The translations under genes and the position numbers were made by a program. This document shows positions 52,231 to 64,000 of a stretch of DNA of 64,000 bases, in pieces. The DNA comes from Haliotis rubra (Eukaryota), in contig NW_025766955.1 of NCBI RefSeq assembly GCF_003918875.1, positions 372,001-436,000 on the forward strand, read 5' to 3'. The notes under the pieces are model-generated. The model did no database searches. It was not told the origin of the DNA and worked only from the letters and a program-made list of their open reading frames with translations. Every line of letters begins with the position of its first letter. Within the stretch, counting starts at the first letter, position 1.

Positions 52231-52884
52231 CCACCTCCTTCCCTCCCGGACCATCCCCATAATCCGAGACCATGGGGAGCCTGAGTATTCCACCTCCTTC
52301 CCTCCCGGACCATCCCCATAACCCGAGACCATGGGGAGCCTGAGTATTCCACCTCCTTCCCTCCCGGACCATCCCCATAACCCGAGACTATGGGGAGCCT
52401 GAGTATTCTCCCTCCTTCCCTCCCAGACCATCCCCATAACCCGAGACCATGGGGAGCCTGAGTATTCTCCCTCCTTCCCTCCCAGACCATCCCCATAACC
52501 CGACACCATGGGGAGCTTGAGTATTCCACCCCCTTCCCTCCCGGACCATCCCCATAACCCGACACCAGGGGGAGCTTGAGTATTCCACCTCCTTCCCTCC
52601 CAGACCATCCCCATAACCCGACACCAGGGGGAGCTTGAGTATTCCACCCCCTTCCCTCCCGGACCATCCCCATAACCCGACACCAGGGGGAGCTTGAGTA
52701 TTCCACCTCCTCCCCTCCCAGACCATCCCCATAACCCGAGACCATGGGGAGCCTGAGTATTCTCCCTCCTTCCCTCCCAGACCATCCCCATAACCCGAGA
52801 CCATGGGGAGCCTGAGTATTCTCCCTCCTTCCCTCCCAGACCATCCCCATAACCCGAGACTATGGGGAGCCTGAGTATTCTCCC
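52231..52884. repeat. 59-bp minisatellite x11, G-rich on the minus strand
   Basis: CCACCTCCTTCCCTCCCGGACCATCCCCATAACCCGAGACCATGGGGAGCCTGAGTATT. Confidence 0.92.
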
Positions 52885-53489
52885 AATTGGCAGTGATAAT
52901 GCAGCACATTGCTTCTATTGGCAATACAGACAAACCGCATTGGGACAAGACTTTAATCAAAAACTGACGGGACTTTCTTACCCAATTTGAAAAAAGAAAT
53001 ATAAAAAGAAAACAAGCACAAAAACATGAGGTTGGTAGGAACCAATTTTCCACAGCAATCATGGAAGTTCACACAAAAGCAGTTTAATTAAATAAGTATC
53101 AGTACATTTTGTGATTCAATTGTCACAACATGAAACTTCAGTTAGCACACTCTAGTAAACATGGCAGCTAAATCGGTCATACGTTTTCATAGCTGCTTGA
53201 TACCTGTTATTTCCCAGGCCTGAATGAAGCCAGTAACTAATCTGATCACTGGTGTTAAACTTCTCAAATATAACAGTTATTGTCCTGTAGAGGAACCTAG
53301 TAGAGAAGCTACTGGAACACAACATACTGGGACCATTAGCTGTGATCCATGAAGTGAGACCTGGGTTGTGCCAGGACGGACGCTGTAGGACATTAACACT
53401 CTCACTCTTTGATAAACCCTCTAATACCTCTACAATACTCCCGTAATACCCTTAACAGCTGAATAAAACTCCCAATACAAACAACTTAC

Positions 53490-53568
53490 CTTGTTAATTC
53501 TTCCCGGAGGTTATTTGGCTCAGATGAATAAAACTTGACTCGAAATCGGAATGTATAAGGAGGGCCAA
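53490..53568 (-). CDS. EPB41L5: FERM exon [27 protein letters not shown]
   Basis: tttgcag| and |GTAAGT; 79 nt, phase 1->2; [18 protein letters not shown] is characteristic of EPB41L5/EPB41L4B/Yurt. Confidence 0.95.
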
Positions 53569-56184
53569 CTGCAAACAAAATATCCAATGATGAGTCCAGA
53601 GATTCTTTTTCTAGCAACCATCAAAGCTCCCATGATAATCTTTGAAATACAGACGGACTATGATAAAGACTGAAAATAATTGTCAAATTAAATTGAAATA
53701 ATAACAAAGAAATAATTACAGCTTGACATGCTTAATAAAGATGAACAATTCAAATTTCCATTATCATATTACAGATATAATAAAATATGTAAAATATAAA
53801 TGTCAAGAGAAGTTAAAAATGGTGAGTTGATTGTGATGGGTGAATGTTCTCTACTCTAGTACTGGTGTCTTGACTTGCACTGAAGATCTATGCACAAACA
53901 TGCTAAACTGGCAACCAACAACAAAAAATACTTTATTATTCAATAATTCTGTCATGAATTACCATAAACGTTAATAAGGGGGAAGGGACATGCAATTATT
54001 AACCTTATTTGGCCCTGTTAATTCCCTAGGGGTTTGGATCAAGAACAAAACGAGTAGAAAGGAGAAAATTACAAACATTACGTTCAGGAAGGTTAAAGAC
54101 TCATTGACTTATTGATCAAGTTTCACTGGGTAACACAATATCATCACATCAACCCTGGAATAGACAAAGAACTTGAAAATGTTCAAAACAAAACCGAACT
54201 CTAAGGCCACAGCAATTTTTAATTGTACCAATATGTAAAATTAAAAATATAACAGGTTAAAACAAAAGGGAAAGAAATCTAATAAACAAGTCACAAAAAT
54301 ACAACAAACAGGTAAATCATTCTAGCAAAATGTGCATAACCTACGGCTAAAGACGTTTTCATGTGATCAAAGTTTTTGTGTGTGTAGCTGTTTCCATGGC
54401 AACTGTCACGTCAACCTAGGCATGTTAATCAATGCACTGCTTATTTAGAGCAAGGTGAGAATTATTTCAGGTGACCAGACTTTGAATGTTAGTAAGCAGA
54501 ATCGTGTGTGTGACCTGGTGAGCTCCAACATTACCATGCATGCTCACACTCTTCCTCTCAAAGGGTTCCCTCTAGAGAAGAAAAGTAAGGAAACCCATTG
54601 TGACCTCTATATATGTACCTGGTTGTTTTGTCGAAGGCTTCAAGAGTCTGTATTGATTAAACCATTTTCATATTAACTCACTAGTTTTGAAAGGTCAGAA
54701 CACGTTTTCTTATTTGAAACTTTCATGGAAGACCAAAGTCAGCAAACCATGAACCTATCAGGACCTGCTGAGAGCCTGTCAACAGCTGAGTCTGACAGAC
54801 TTGTGACTGGCAATGTGAACACCTCCTTTATCATGGTTCATGAAAAGAATCATTTACACAAACAGTATCCACCCAAATCTAGTCAGCTGTGCAAGTATCA
54901 CACAAGTGTTTATTTGTTTCCCATTATATGTTACAATAAACCATATCTAGTGCAAGTACCATATATAGATTGTCATCACATCATTGAGTGATTTGCCCTT
55001 GCAAAATACAATCTCAGGGATTTACCTAGAGTCCTGTATTTGAGGGTCCCTGGGACTCATATACTTAATTTTCAGGGGTCCTGGACTACAAAATGGGGGG
55101 TTGCAGACACTTAAATATTATTATTAATACTGTTATTGTATTGTGTTACAGTAATTACATGGCAAATAATACCATAACCCAGCTAGAAGCAAACTCAGTG
55201 ATAACTTATTGTTACTTGATTGGAATTTATACAAAAAGCATTTGGACTTTTTCTACGTTCTTGTGGATGCGCTTATAAATTTCGTTGCGTCCATTGTCAA
55301 TTTTTATGAGTATAGGACGCAGGAATTGGTCCTGTAAACACTGCAAGACAAGTTGTCCCGAGTATTATCTTTACAGCATGTGGACTGTTGTTTAATGACA
55401 TACTCAGCAGTATTTCTGCTGTCGCCACTGGACCAGACAATCCAGTAAACATCAATCTAGACGACATGCCAGCAAGTTTAACCTGAGGCTGACTGCAGCA
55501 TGGAAAGGAAGACATATTTTGTGATATGAAATCTGAGTTGCCAACTTCACCCGACAAATGATATAGACAGCAAGATAGAGCTGGAAGGCTTACATCCTAC
55601 ATTGCAAGGTAGAGCTAGAGGCTTACCTCTGACACTGCAAGGTAGAGCTAGAGTAGATACAACAAACACAGCTGGAAAACATCAAAATCACTTCCAGGGA
55701 GTTGACCTGGGCAGACTGTTGGCAGGCTGTGATGCCGCACATATAGTATTCAAAATTATTGATAAATCCAAAAGGTCCCTTGTAGCCTTGTCTAACATAA
55801 CAAATCAAAGGCCCAACATTTTTTTAAACCAAAGTAAAAAACAAAAAACAAAATTACAAAAGTAATACACCTTGAGGACCAAGATTTCCCAGAACTCAAT
55901 AATTGAACACCGAAAACTGAACTGAAAACTCTTGCTTAACGTCACTAATGTCAAAGTGGAAATGGCATATTGTACTCATGTGGGGATTTGAACTCAGATC
56001 AACAACACTTTAACCACGCCACTAACCCGATCCTGTTCTACAGGAATCCTACACAACGTCCACCAATAACTCAGCAACTTAAATGGTAACTCTAGAAATG
56101 GGCTTTACACACTGTATCTATGTGGGGAATTCAACCCAGGCCATGGCATGACTAGCAAACACTTAAACCCCTGGGCTAACACAC

Positions 56185-56380
56185 TGCCCCTGTCCTACAC
56201 AGGAAATGACCTATACTACAGCTCACCCTGCCTTGTGGAAGAGTAGTCAGGACTATCGGAAGATTTAACCAAGAGATCCTCGTTGCCCCTGTCCTACACA
56301 GGAAATGACCTATACTACAGCTCACCCGGCCTTGTGGAAGAGTAGTCAGGACTATCGGAAGATTTAACCAAGAGATCCTC
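56185..56380. repeat. 99-bp direct duplication
   Basis: TGCCCCTGTCCTACACAGG...CAAGAGATCCTC at 56185 and 56284. Confidence 0.88.
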
Positions 56381-56917
56381 CTGCAAATCAACGGCCAGAA
56401 CAATCAAGCAAGGAGAAGAACTCACATTCATCTTAAGCTGTCAGAGACCAACATTAAGCCCAAGAAATCTCCATGACAAAATAACGATACAACCCAGCTG
56501 ATTCCAGAACAGAGCTTAATTTGAAAGCTGAGGAACTCAGACTTGCCAGATATTTAGGGACATGAGCTGGATGCATTCATCCTCTAGGATTGTGGAGAAA
56601 GCCGATGTGACACAGATGTTCCGTGTTGACGCATAACGCATGTAATACAACTAATTGTGACACTGAACACACAGATGACAGAAGCACAGCAGCAGTATTC
56701 ATTGCATGTTAGAAATTATCCCCGAAAGATTTCTACCTTTTGATGCTAAAATGTTCTTTGAAGCATAATGCCTGAAGCAAACATTGGGCAGATATGTTTC
56801 GAATACTGAGGAAGCTTGCACAGAATGATGTTGAACTGTAGCCCCTATGTTCATCAGATGGAAGATTTCAGTGGCAAAATACAGGTGATACTCCAGCCAT
56901 GTCACTTGTCTGTGGGC

Positions 56918-57155
56918 ATCAACAGTGGGCATCTTCCTACATCTTACAACAGGGGGCATCTTCCTACATCTTACAACAGTGGGCATCTTCCTACATCTTA
57001 CAACAGCGGGCATCTTCCTACATCTTACAACAGTGGGCATCTTCCTACATCTTACAACAGCGGGCATCTTCCTACATCTTACAACAGTGGGCATCTTCCT
57101 ACATCTTACAAGACAACGAGTCTGAACAGTGGACATCTTCCTACATCTTACAAGA
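56918..57155. repeat. 27-bp minisatellite x~8
   Basis: AACAGTGGGCATCTTCCTACATCTTAC. Confidence 0.9.
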
Positions 57156-57202
57156 CAGGAGCGGACACCTGTTCTCTGAATGAACCTTCCCTACAGTACT
57201 GA

Positions 57203-57455
57203 GAATGAGTGAGTGAGTGAGTGAGTTTAGTTTAAGCCGCACTCAGCAATATTCCAGCTATATGGTGGCGGTCTGGAAATAATCGAGTCTGGACCAGACA
57301 ATCCGGTGATCAACAGCATGATCAAGGATCTACGCAACTGGTAACCATTGACATGTGTCAACCAAGTCAGCGAGCCTGACCACCCGATCTTGTTAGTCGC
57401 CTCTTACAACAAGCATGGGTTGCTGAAGATCAATTCTAACCTGGACCTTCACGGG
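57203..57455 (-). mobile_element. SINE-like retroposon family 2 (no tRNA head), full-length copy
   Basis: Starts CCCGTGAAG, ends GCTGGAATATTGCT...AAACTAAA(CTCA)n; related copies at 15826-15920, 38274-38423, 41795-41957, 62590-62929 and 63145-63230 (opposite strand). Confidence 0.85.
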
Positions 57456-57524
57456 TAATCTGATGATTGAGATGTGATACTGCATGATCTGATGATTGAG
57501 ATGTGATACTGCATGATATGATCT

Positions 57525-58690
57525 TACCCCACCCCAGCTGATAGTCTGAACCTACTCCCCTACCCCACCCCAGCTGAGTGTCGGAACCTACTCCTCTACA
57601 CCACCCCAGCTGATAGTCTGAACCTACTCCTCTACACCACCCCAGCTGAGAGTCTGAACCTACTCATCTACCCCACCCCAGATGATAGTCTGAACGTTCT
57701 CCCAATCCCACCCTAGCTGAGTGTCTGAACCTACTCCCCTACCCCACCCTAGCTGAGTGTCGGAACCTACTCCTCTACACCACCCCAGCTGATAGTCTGA
57801 ACCTACTCCTCTACACCACCCCAGCTGAGAGTCTGAACCTACTCATCTACCCCACCCCAGATGATGATAGTCTGAACGTTCTCCCTATCCCACCCTAGCT
57901 GAGTGTCTGAACCTACTCCTCTACACCACCCCAGCTGAGTGTCGGAACCTACTCCTCTACCCCACCCCAGATGATAGTCTGAACGTACTCCCTATCCCAC
58001 CCTAGCTGAGAGTCTGAACCTACTCCTCTACACCACCCCAGCTGAGTGTCGGAACCTACTCCTCTACACCACCCCAGCTGAGTGTCTGAACCTACTCCTC
58101 TACACCACCCCAGCTGAGTGTCGGAACCTACTCCTCTACCCCACCCCAGCTGAGTGTCTGAACGTACTCCCTATCCCACCCTAGCTGAGTGTCTGAACCT
58201 ACTCCTCTACCCCACCCCAGATGATAGTCTGAACGTACTCCCTATCCCACCCTAGCTGAGAGTCTGAACCTACTCCTCTACACCACCCCAGCTGAGAGTC
58301 GGAACCTACTCCTCTACACCACCCCAGCTGAGTGTCTGAACCTACTCCTCTACACCACCCCAGCTGAGTGTCGGAACCTACTCCTCTACCCCACCCCAGA
58401 TGATAGTCTGAACGTACTCCCTATCCCACCCTAGCTGAGAGTCTGAACCTACTCCTCTACACCACCCCAGCTGAGTGTCTGAACCTACTCCTCTACCCCA
58501 CCCCAGATGATAGTCTGAACGTACTCCCTATCCCACCCTAGCTGAGTGTCTGAACCTACTCCTCTACCCCACCCCAGATGATAGTCTGAACGTACTCCCT
58601 ACCCCACCCCAGCTGAGAGTCTGAACGTACTCCCTATCCCACCCAAGCTGAGAGTCGGAACCTACTCCTCTACCCCACCCCAGCTGAGAG
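57525..58690. repeat. 36-bp minisatellite, ~32 copies
   Basis: CCACCCCAGCTGAGTGTCTGAACCTACTCCTCTACA. Confidence 0.92.
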
Positions 58691-60240
58691 TATTGTGTGA
58701 CCATTTGGTGGGAAGAATACAAATGTTGTCATCATATTTGACCTAGTGTTCTCTTTGTTCTGTTAATATCACGAAAATATAACTTGCTAGTGCAAGCACA
58801 AAACACACATTTTATTTCCAACATATGACATTTATGATAATGACAATATGGTTATGACATCAGCTTATACCATTTCTAAATTAATCAATCATTAACACAT
58901 ATATTGTTATTCAACGATTTACCTTTAGAAATAGTTTATGAACACATGTTTGAGAAAACTGCCCCATTGATCATAATATTCAGATCCCCTCAGATGTTGC
59001 AGCGTGCTGTACACAGCTATCACTAACACAACAGGAAGCCAAGGTCTCATTGAGACATCAGGTCCATATTTGGTAAAAGTTCATTTGCATATTTTTCAAA
59101 TACCAAGTTAATGATATTGCAGCACAGCATTTATAACACCTTACATATAATACGAAACCAATCAATCAAAAGTAATCTCCACTAAACATTGTACACAAGC
59201 CTTATCTGTCAAACGTGTTTAACTTCTTCAATTGGAAAAGTCTACTTTTCACAATGACACGAGAAATTGGCAAAATGGTAATAAATTACTCAAGGGTAAG
59301 TGATTGATGTAATTGGGCAGATAGCTTTAATCCTTGCTGCTAACATATCACTACGGATGGACGGACTGTTTGATGCCTGTTTTTTCCTATTCACATATTG
59401 CTATGGAGCCAATATTAGGTGATGAATGATCATTGACGAGTGAAGTGAAAAAGCCATACCACACGGAAAGCTGTGACAGCTAGATAAGACAGAAAAAAAG
59501 AAGATTTGTCAGAAATAGAAAGATATTAGAGAAGAAAACACCACAAAATGACCAAACAGCAAGCTGTGTCGTTACACACATGACTCTGAATAAGTGTCTG
59601 ATTGGTCAGGCTCGTTGGCATCGACATCAGTATCCAGCCAATAGGGATCTGTGTAAATAATCAGAATCAACCAATCAAAGGAGAGGTAACAGAAGAGCAT
59701 GCTGACACTGTACCTGCAAGACAAGCATGAGAGCAAAAGGCCCAGACACATCAAAACAGAAACAGAAATATCTGTGCAGTGAAATTTATTTAATTATTTA
59801 CTGCAAAGTAAAAACACCAAATACATTTTTGTGCTAAAAAAAAAAAAAAAATTATTTGTAGGAACGATATTTCAGATGATATAAGTCAAATTTTGCATGA
59901 AATCAAGTATCTTACTAAAACATATAAACATATTTTGTCAACATGGTAACAAGGTGGTAGGTGATATTATCAGACAGTTGTGTTGTTTCGAACATCTTTA
60001 CCACTGACATAAGCCAGAGGTAATCTGACCTTTACTGCAGCAGCTCAAGGTCACAACGTTCTGTGTTAGGAAATAGCCCCAGTCAATAGGCTGGCTGTAA
60101 TATATGTCAGGAAATAGCCCCAGTCAATAGGCTGGCTGTAATATATGTTGATAGGCATTTTTCAGGTGATAGGTGACAATTTATTGGTGACATCCTTTTT
60201 GGTCTGTAAAAGCGATGTTTTGGTATAGGTTCCTACCCCC

Positions 60241-60509
60241 CAAGGCTCGATTTAAGAGATGTTAGCCTACTTGCACCAGGTGCAACCTAAGATAAAAACA
60301 TAGTTGCACCAGCCAAATTCCAGTTGCACTGATTTTATTGCAATATGGAATGAAAGAAATGTGCTATTGAATTATTTTGATGTTTTATTCAGAAGTTTAC
60401 CCACTCAAAAATTGACTTGCACCAGGTGCAAGTTAGACTAATAACTAGGCTGCACTTTATCATATTGGGTTGCACCAGTGCAAGTAACAAAGCACTAAAT
60501 CGAGCCCTG
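60241..60509. mobile_element. Probable hAT-type MITE
   Basis: TIRs CAaGGCTCGATTTA / TAAATCGAGCCCTG; internal TTGCACCAGGTGCAA palindromes; degenerate 8-bp flanks CTACCccc / CTACCtat. Confidence 0.6.
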
Positions 60510-61159
60510 CTACCTATACTGTTGTCACGTTATTTGACGATCTATACTACACACTGCTATTACAGAAAAATACAGTTCTAAGTTATTATCTGTAAATTGT
60601 GCTACAATAAGTGGGTAGGCTTGTTTTACACCTAAAGTGGGGAAGTGGGACCCCACTGTCTAGACCCTGCATCCACCCCAGACTAGCTTTGTTAACATGG
60701 TGAATCTCTGTCTACTTCTGTGGTGAATTGTTGAGGTTCATAGCGTCAACAAGGAGATAGTATACATATTATAAAGCAACATGTTTTCCTGTGACAAACA
60801 AGGTGAATTCCGACAAACCACATTCCAAATAAGATAAGGAAGTAGACCTCAGTAAGACATGCCTTGCAAATATACATTTCATGTGATTTGGTCGAATAAA
60901 CTAAAGATTACACAAGGAGGTTGCTTAATTCTCTAGTTTTCCAATGATTAACCATACCCTCTGGGATAATGTATACTAAACAAATGCTAAGGAACACCCA
61001 TTTCTTTCATATTGAAATCGTTCACCTGCTGTGCAGGCCCTAACTTCTATGCAGTAGTGTAAAATTGTATGAATTTCTTCCCAAAAGGTTCCCACAACCA
61101 TATAATTCTCTATGAAGATATTACAGAATTATAGAACAAAGCATGTGAAGAAGATACCA

Positions 61160-61698
61160 GCTGCAGGTAGACTGTCACAGGTAGACTGCCACAGGTACAC
61201 TGCCACAGGTACACTGCTACAGGTAGACTGTCACAGGTAGACCGCTAGAGGTGCTCTGCCACAGGTAGACTGCTACAGGTAGACTTCCACAGGTAGACTG
61301 CTACAGGTACACTGCCGCAGGTAGACCGCTGCAGGTAGACTGCTAGAGGTGCTCTTCCACAGACAGAATGCCGCAGGTAGACTGCTACAGGTAGACTGTT
61401 ACAGGTAGACTGCTACAGGTAGACTGCTGCAGGTAGACCGCTAGAGGTGCTCTGCCACAGGTAGACTGCTACAGGTAGACTTCCACAGGTAGACTTCCAC
61501 AGGTAGACTGCTACAGGTACACTGCCGCAGGTAGACCGCTACAGGTACACTGCCGCAGGTAGACCGCTACAGGTAGACTGCTACAGGTAGACTTCCACAG
61601 GTAGACTGCTACAGGTAGACTGCTACAGGTACACTGCCGCAGGTAGACCGCTGCAGGTAGACTGCTAGAGGTGCTCTGCTACAGGTAGACTGCTACAG
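61160..61698. repeat. 14-bp minisatellite (ACAGGTAGACTGCT)
   Basis: Direct reading. Confidence 0.9.
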
Positions 61699-62243
61699 TA
61701 CAGTGGAAGGTGATATCTTGATCATGTGGTGCCCATCCAGTAACCAGCAAAACACCACCAGATGAAGATGGGGAAACATGGTATGGGAGAAGCTTGGGGA
61801 GTTATATTATGACCCAACTTGATCCGTATTTGTCTAATCTCACTGTCAATTTACAATGTCAATTTCAGCAGTCCAGCCAAGTTTGTTTTGCCAATTGCCA
61901 AACAAATACCTCCTCATCTTGCTGGTGCTTGTGAACTGAACCTCTAACATCACTCACTTGACGATCGGAAACACATCCCACTCGCAGGATTTCACCCACG
62001 AGATTTCACATGCGATTGCCATACCGGTTAACATCTAAGCCTGAAGTTAATGACAAAATTGTTATTTTGTTTAAAAGTACTGAGAACGTAAATTTAAAAC
62101 CCCCCAAAACACTGCTACAGTGAACTTCAAAAACAGCAAAATATCATAATTTTGAATTTGATATCAATGACGGTGATTATATTCTGTTTCGGTTCCCCCA
62201 GACAACGGCCATGTTTGTTTGAGCAAGGTGAAGACATACTTAC

Positions 62244-62286
62244 TCTTGACTTGCTTGCGGATCTGTTTGGTGGGATCCAGCCAGTG
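62244..62286 (-). CDS. EPB41L5: FERM exon HWLDPTKQIRKQVK
   Basis: ttgcag| and |GTAAGT; 43 nt, phase 0->1; canonical WLD motif. Confidence 0.92.
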
Positions 62287-62589
62287 CTGCAACAACCATA
62301 CATGGACAATACAACACGGGACATGTTACAGGTATATTACAGGTATATTACAGCAGGGCACACACGGCTTTACTTCTGGAATTAAACCATAGCATTCAGC
62401 CCGACAAGAACACCTGACCAATAGGGCTACCCCACTGTTACTGTCCCAGTTACAGCAGCAAGTTGCCAGCCATCAGCTATATCCCAGCCTGGCTGTGACA
62501 GGACAAGGAAACTGGTGGCTGATAGCATAAACAACATACAGGTGCTATCACAAACAACACTGGTTTGTCAACAGCTGTGTTTGTTGCCA

Positions 62590-62929
62590 CACTCACCAAT
62601 ATTCCTGCTACATGGCAGCAGTCTGTAAATGTTCATGTCTGGACCAGACAATCTGGTTATCGACATCATGAACTATTTGTGCAGTTGGGATACAATGACA
62701 TGTGTCAACCAACCCGTTAGTCGCCTCTTACGACAAGCATGGGTTACTGAAGATCAATTCTAACCCGCATCTTCATGGGGAGACAAGCATGGGTTGCTGA
62801 AGATCAATTCTAACCCAGATCTTCACGGGGCGACAAGCATGGGTTGCTGAAGACCAGTTCTAATCCGGATCTACACGGGGCGACAAGCATGGGTTGCTGA
62901 AAACCAAATCTAACCCGCATCTTCACGGG
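62590..62929 (-). mobile_element. Family 2 retroposon with its 5' 50 bp repeated four times
   Basis: Body matches family 2; 50-bp units at 62731, 62781, 62831 and 62881. Confidence 0.8.
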
Positions 62930-63258
62930 TGTCAACAGTTGTGACAGTGTAACATAAGCCTTTAATCAAGTACAGCTGAGACAGACCAGTGGTTGACAGC
63001 ATGAACAACCTTAAGGAGGGATGTTGGTTAGCACTGGATTTTCTGCAAACGATGCTGTCAGAGTACAACTTGGTTGGTCAGGCTCACAGCACGGTTGACT
63101 CATATCTTCACACCACAATTACATAATTACATAAATTGGTGTTCATCACTGGATTATCTGGTCCAAACTTGATTATCTAGACCGCTGTTATACAGCCAGG
63201 GTATTGCGACATGCAGCGTTAAACAACAACAGACACTCAGTCAGCCAGGTAGACTCAC

Positions 63259-63363
63259 ATTGACGTTGTGGACGTCTGTGTATTGTAGCCCGAAGTAGTC
63301 CTTCTCTATTATGTCCAGGTAGTAGAAGATCTGCTCCATCAGCTCACCACCGTTGGCCTTTTT
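63259..63363 (-). CDS. EPB41L5: Yurt/EPB41L5-like FERM protein exon (F1 lobe: KKANGGELMEQIFYYLDIIEKDYFGLQYTDVHNVN); upstream exons lie outside the window
   Basis: DYFGL FERM motif; tacag| acceptor and |GTGAGT donor; 105 nt, phase 0->0. Confidence 0.92.
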
Positions 63364-64000
63364 CTGTAATACAAACATCGATCGTTACTTCAAGTACTCG
63401 CTTGTTGTGTGCGGGGAACATGACAGTAATTATTCCATCTGACGCCAACTGATCCGACCAAATATGTGCTGTGTCAACACTAGTTGTGTTCCGATTAATT
63501 AAAATGATCAAAGACTGGACTCAGTGACCAAACGACCAAGCAATCAGTCACATTTTCTCTTAATTGAACTTGAACGATTTTGGAACTACTGTTTTAGTAT
63601 TTGAAACACTTGATGATGGAACATATTTTAGACGTTGTCAGGGTATGAAAATGAACTAAATTCCCAGAGAACTCACACCTCACTTACTGAAAAGTCATGA
63701 CTAAATATTTCTTGAAGACTCCAGGAAGTTTATGTTCATGATATATTAGAGTTCACTTTTAAGTCGTAAGTTGCATCATTTCACATTTGATGTGAAATTT
63801 GCAAATGCATTTTCTAAATAAATAAAAACAACAGATAACTTCATACTTATCTGCAATAACAGGAAAATCTGAAAAATGATGCCAATGATTGCTCTTTGTT
63901 TATGAACCAATCATCAATTGTGAGATTTCAACCAGTTCCCAAAACTAGTCATCATTTATCATGATTTTCAGCTGTTAGCAACAGTTAATGCTGTATAGAT

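Overview
Intron-rich animal genomic DNA. The SINE families and minisatellite-filled introns suggest a gastropod mollusc such as abalone, but that is inference. Two spliced genes lie in tandem on the minus strand. (1) A Yurt/EPB41L5-type FERM-FA scaffold gene whose 5' end lies beyond the window. I reconstructed 17 exons from 63363 down to the stop at 18342, with consistent splice phases, ending in LTTEL*. One large exon carries an apparent single-base frameshift at 24252-24253. (2) A 5-coding-exon gene (9552->1739, about 708 aa) encoding an atypical E2/UBC-fold domain (Cys kept, HPN motif lost, long post-Cys insertion), a CxxC-G-H motif, a ~300-aa domain I cannot assign to a named family, and a repetitive basic/acidic tail. 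This is the best novelty candidate. Introns contain about 20 minisatellites (largest 9.2 kb), three SINE-like families, a decayed CACTA/EnSpm element with a 4-zinc-finger ORF inserted into an RNase H-bearing LINE fragment, and two MITEs. One SINE family has no tRNA head, and its 5' ~70 nt can fold into a compact pseudoknot. All coordinates were read by hand; no database search was run.
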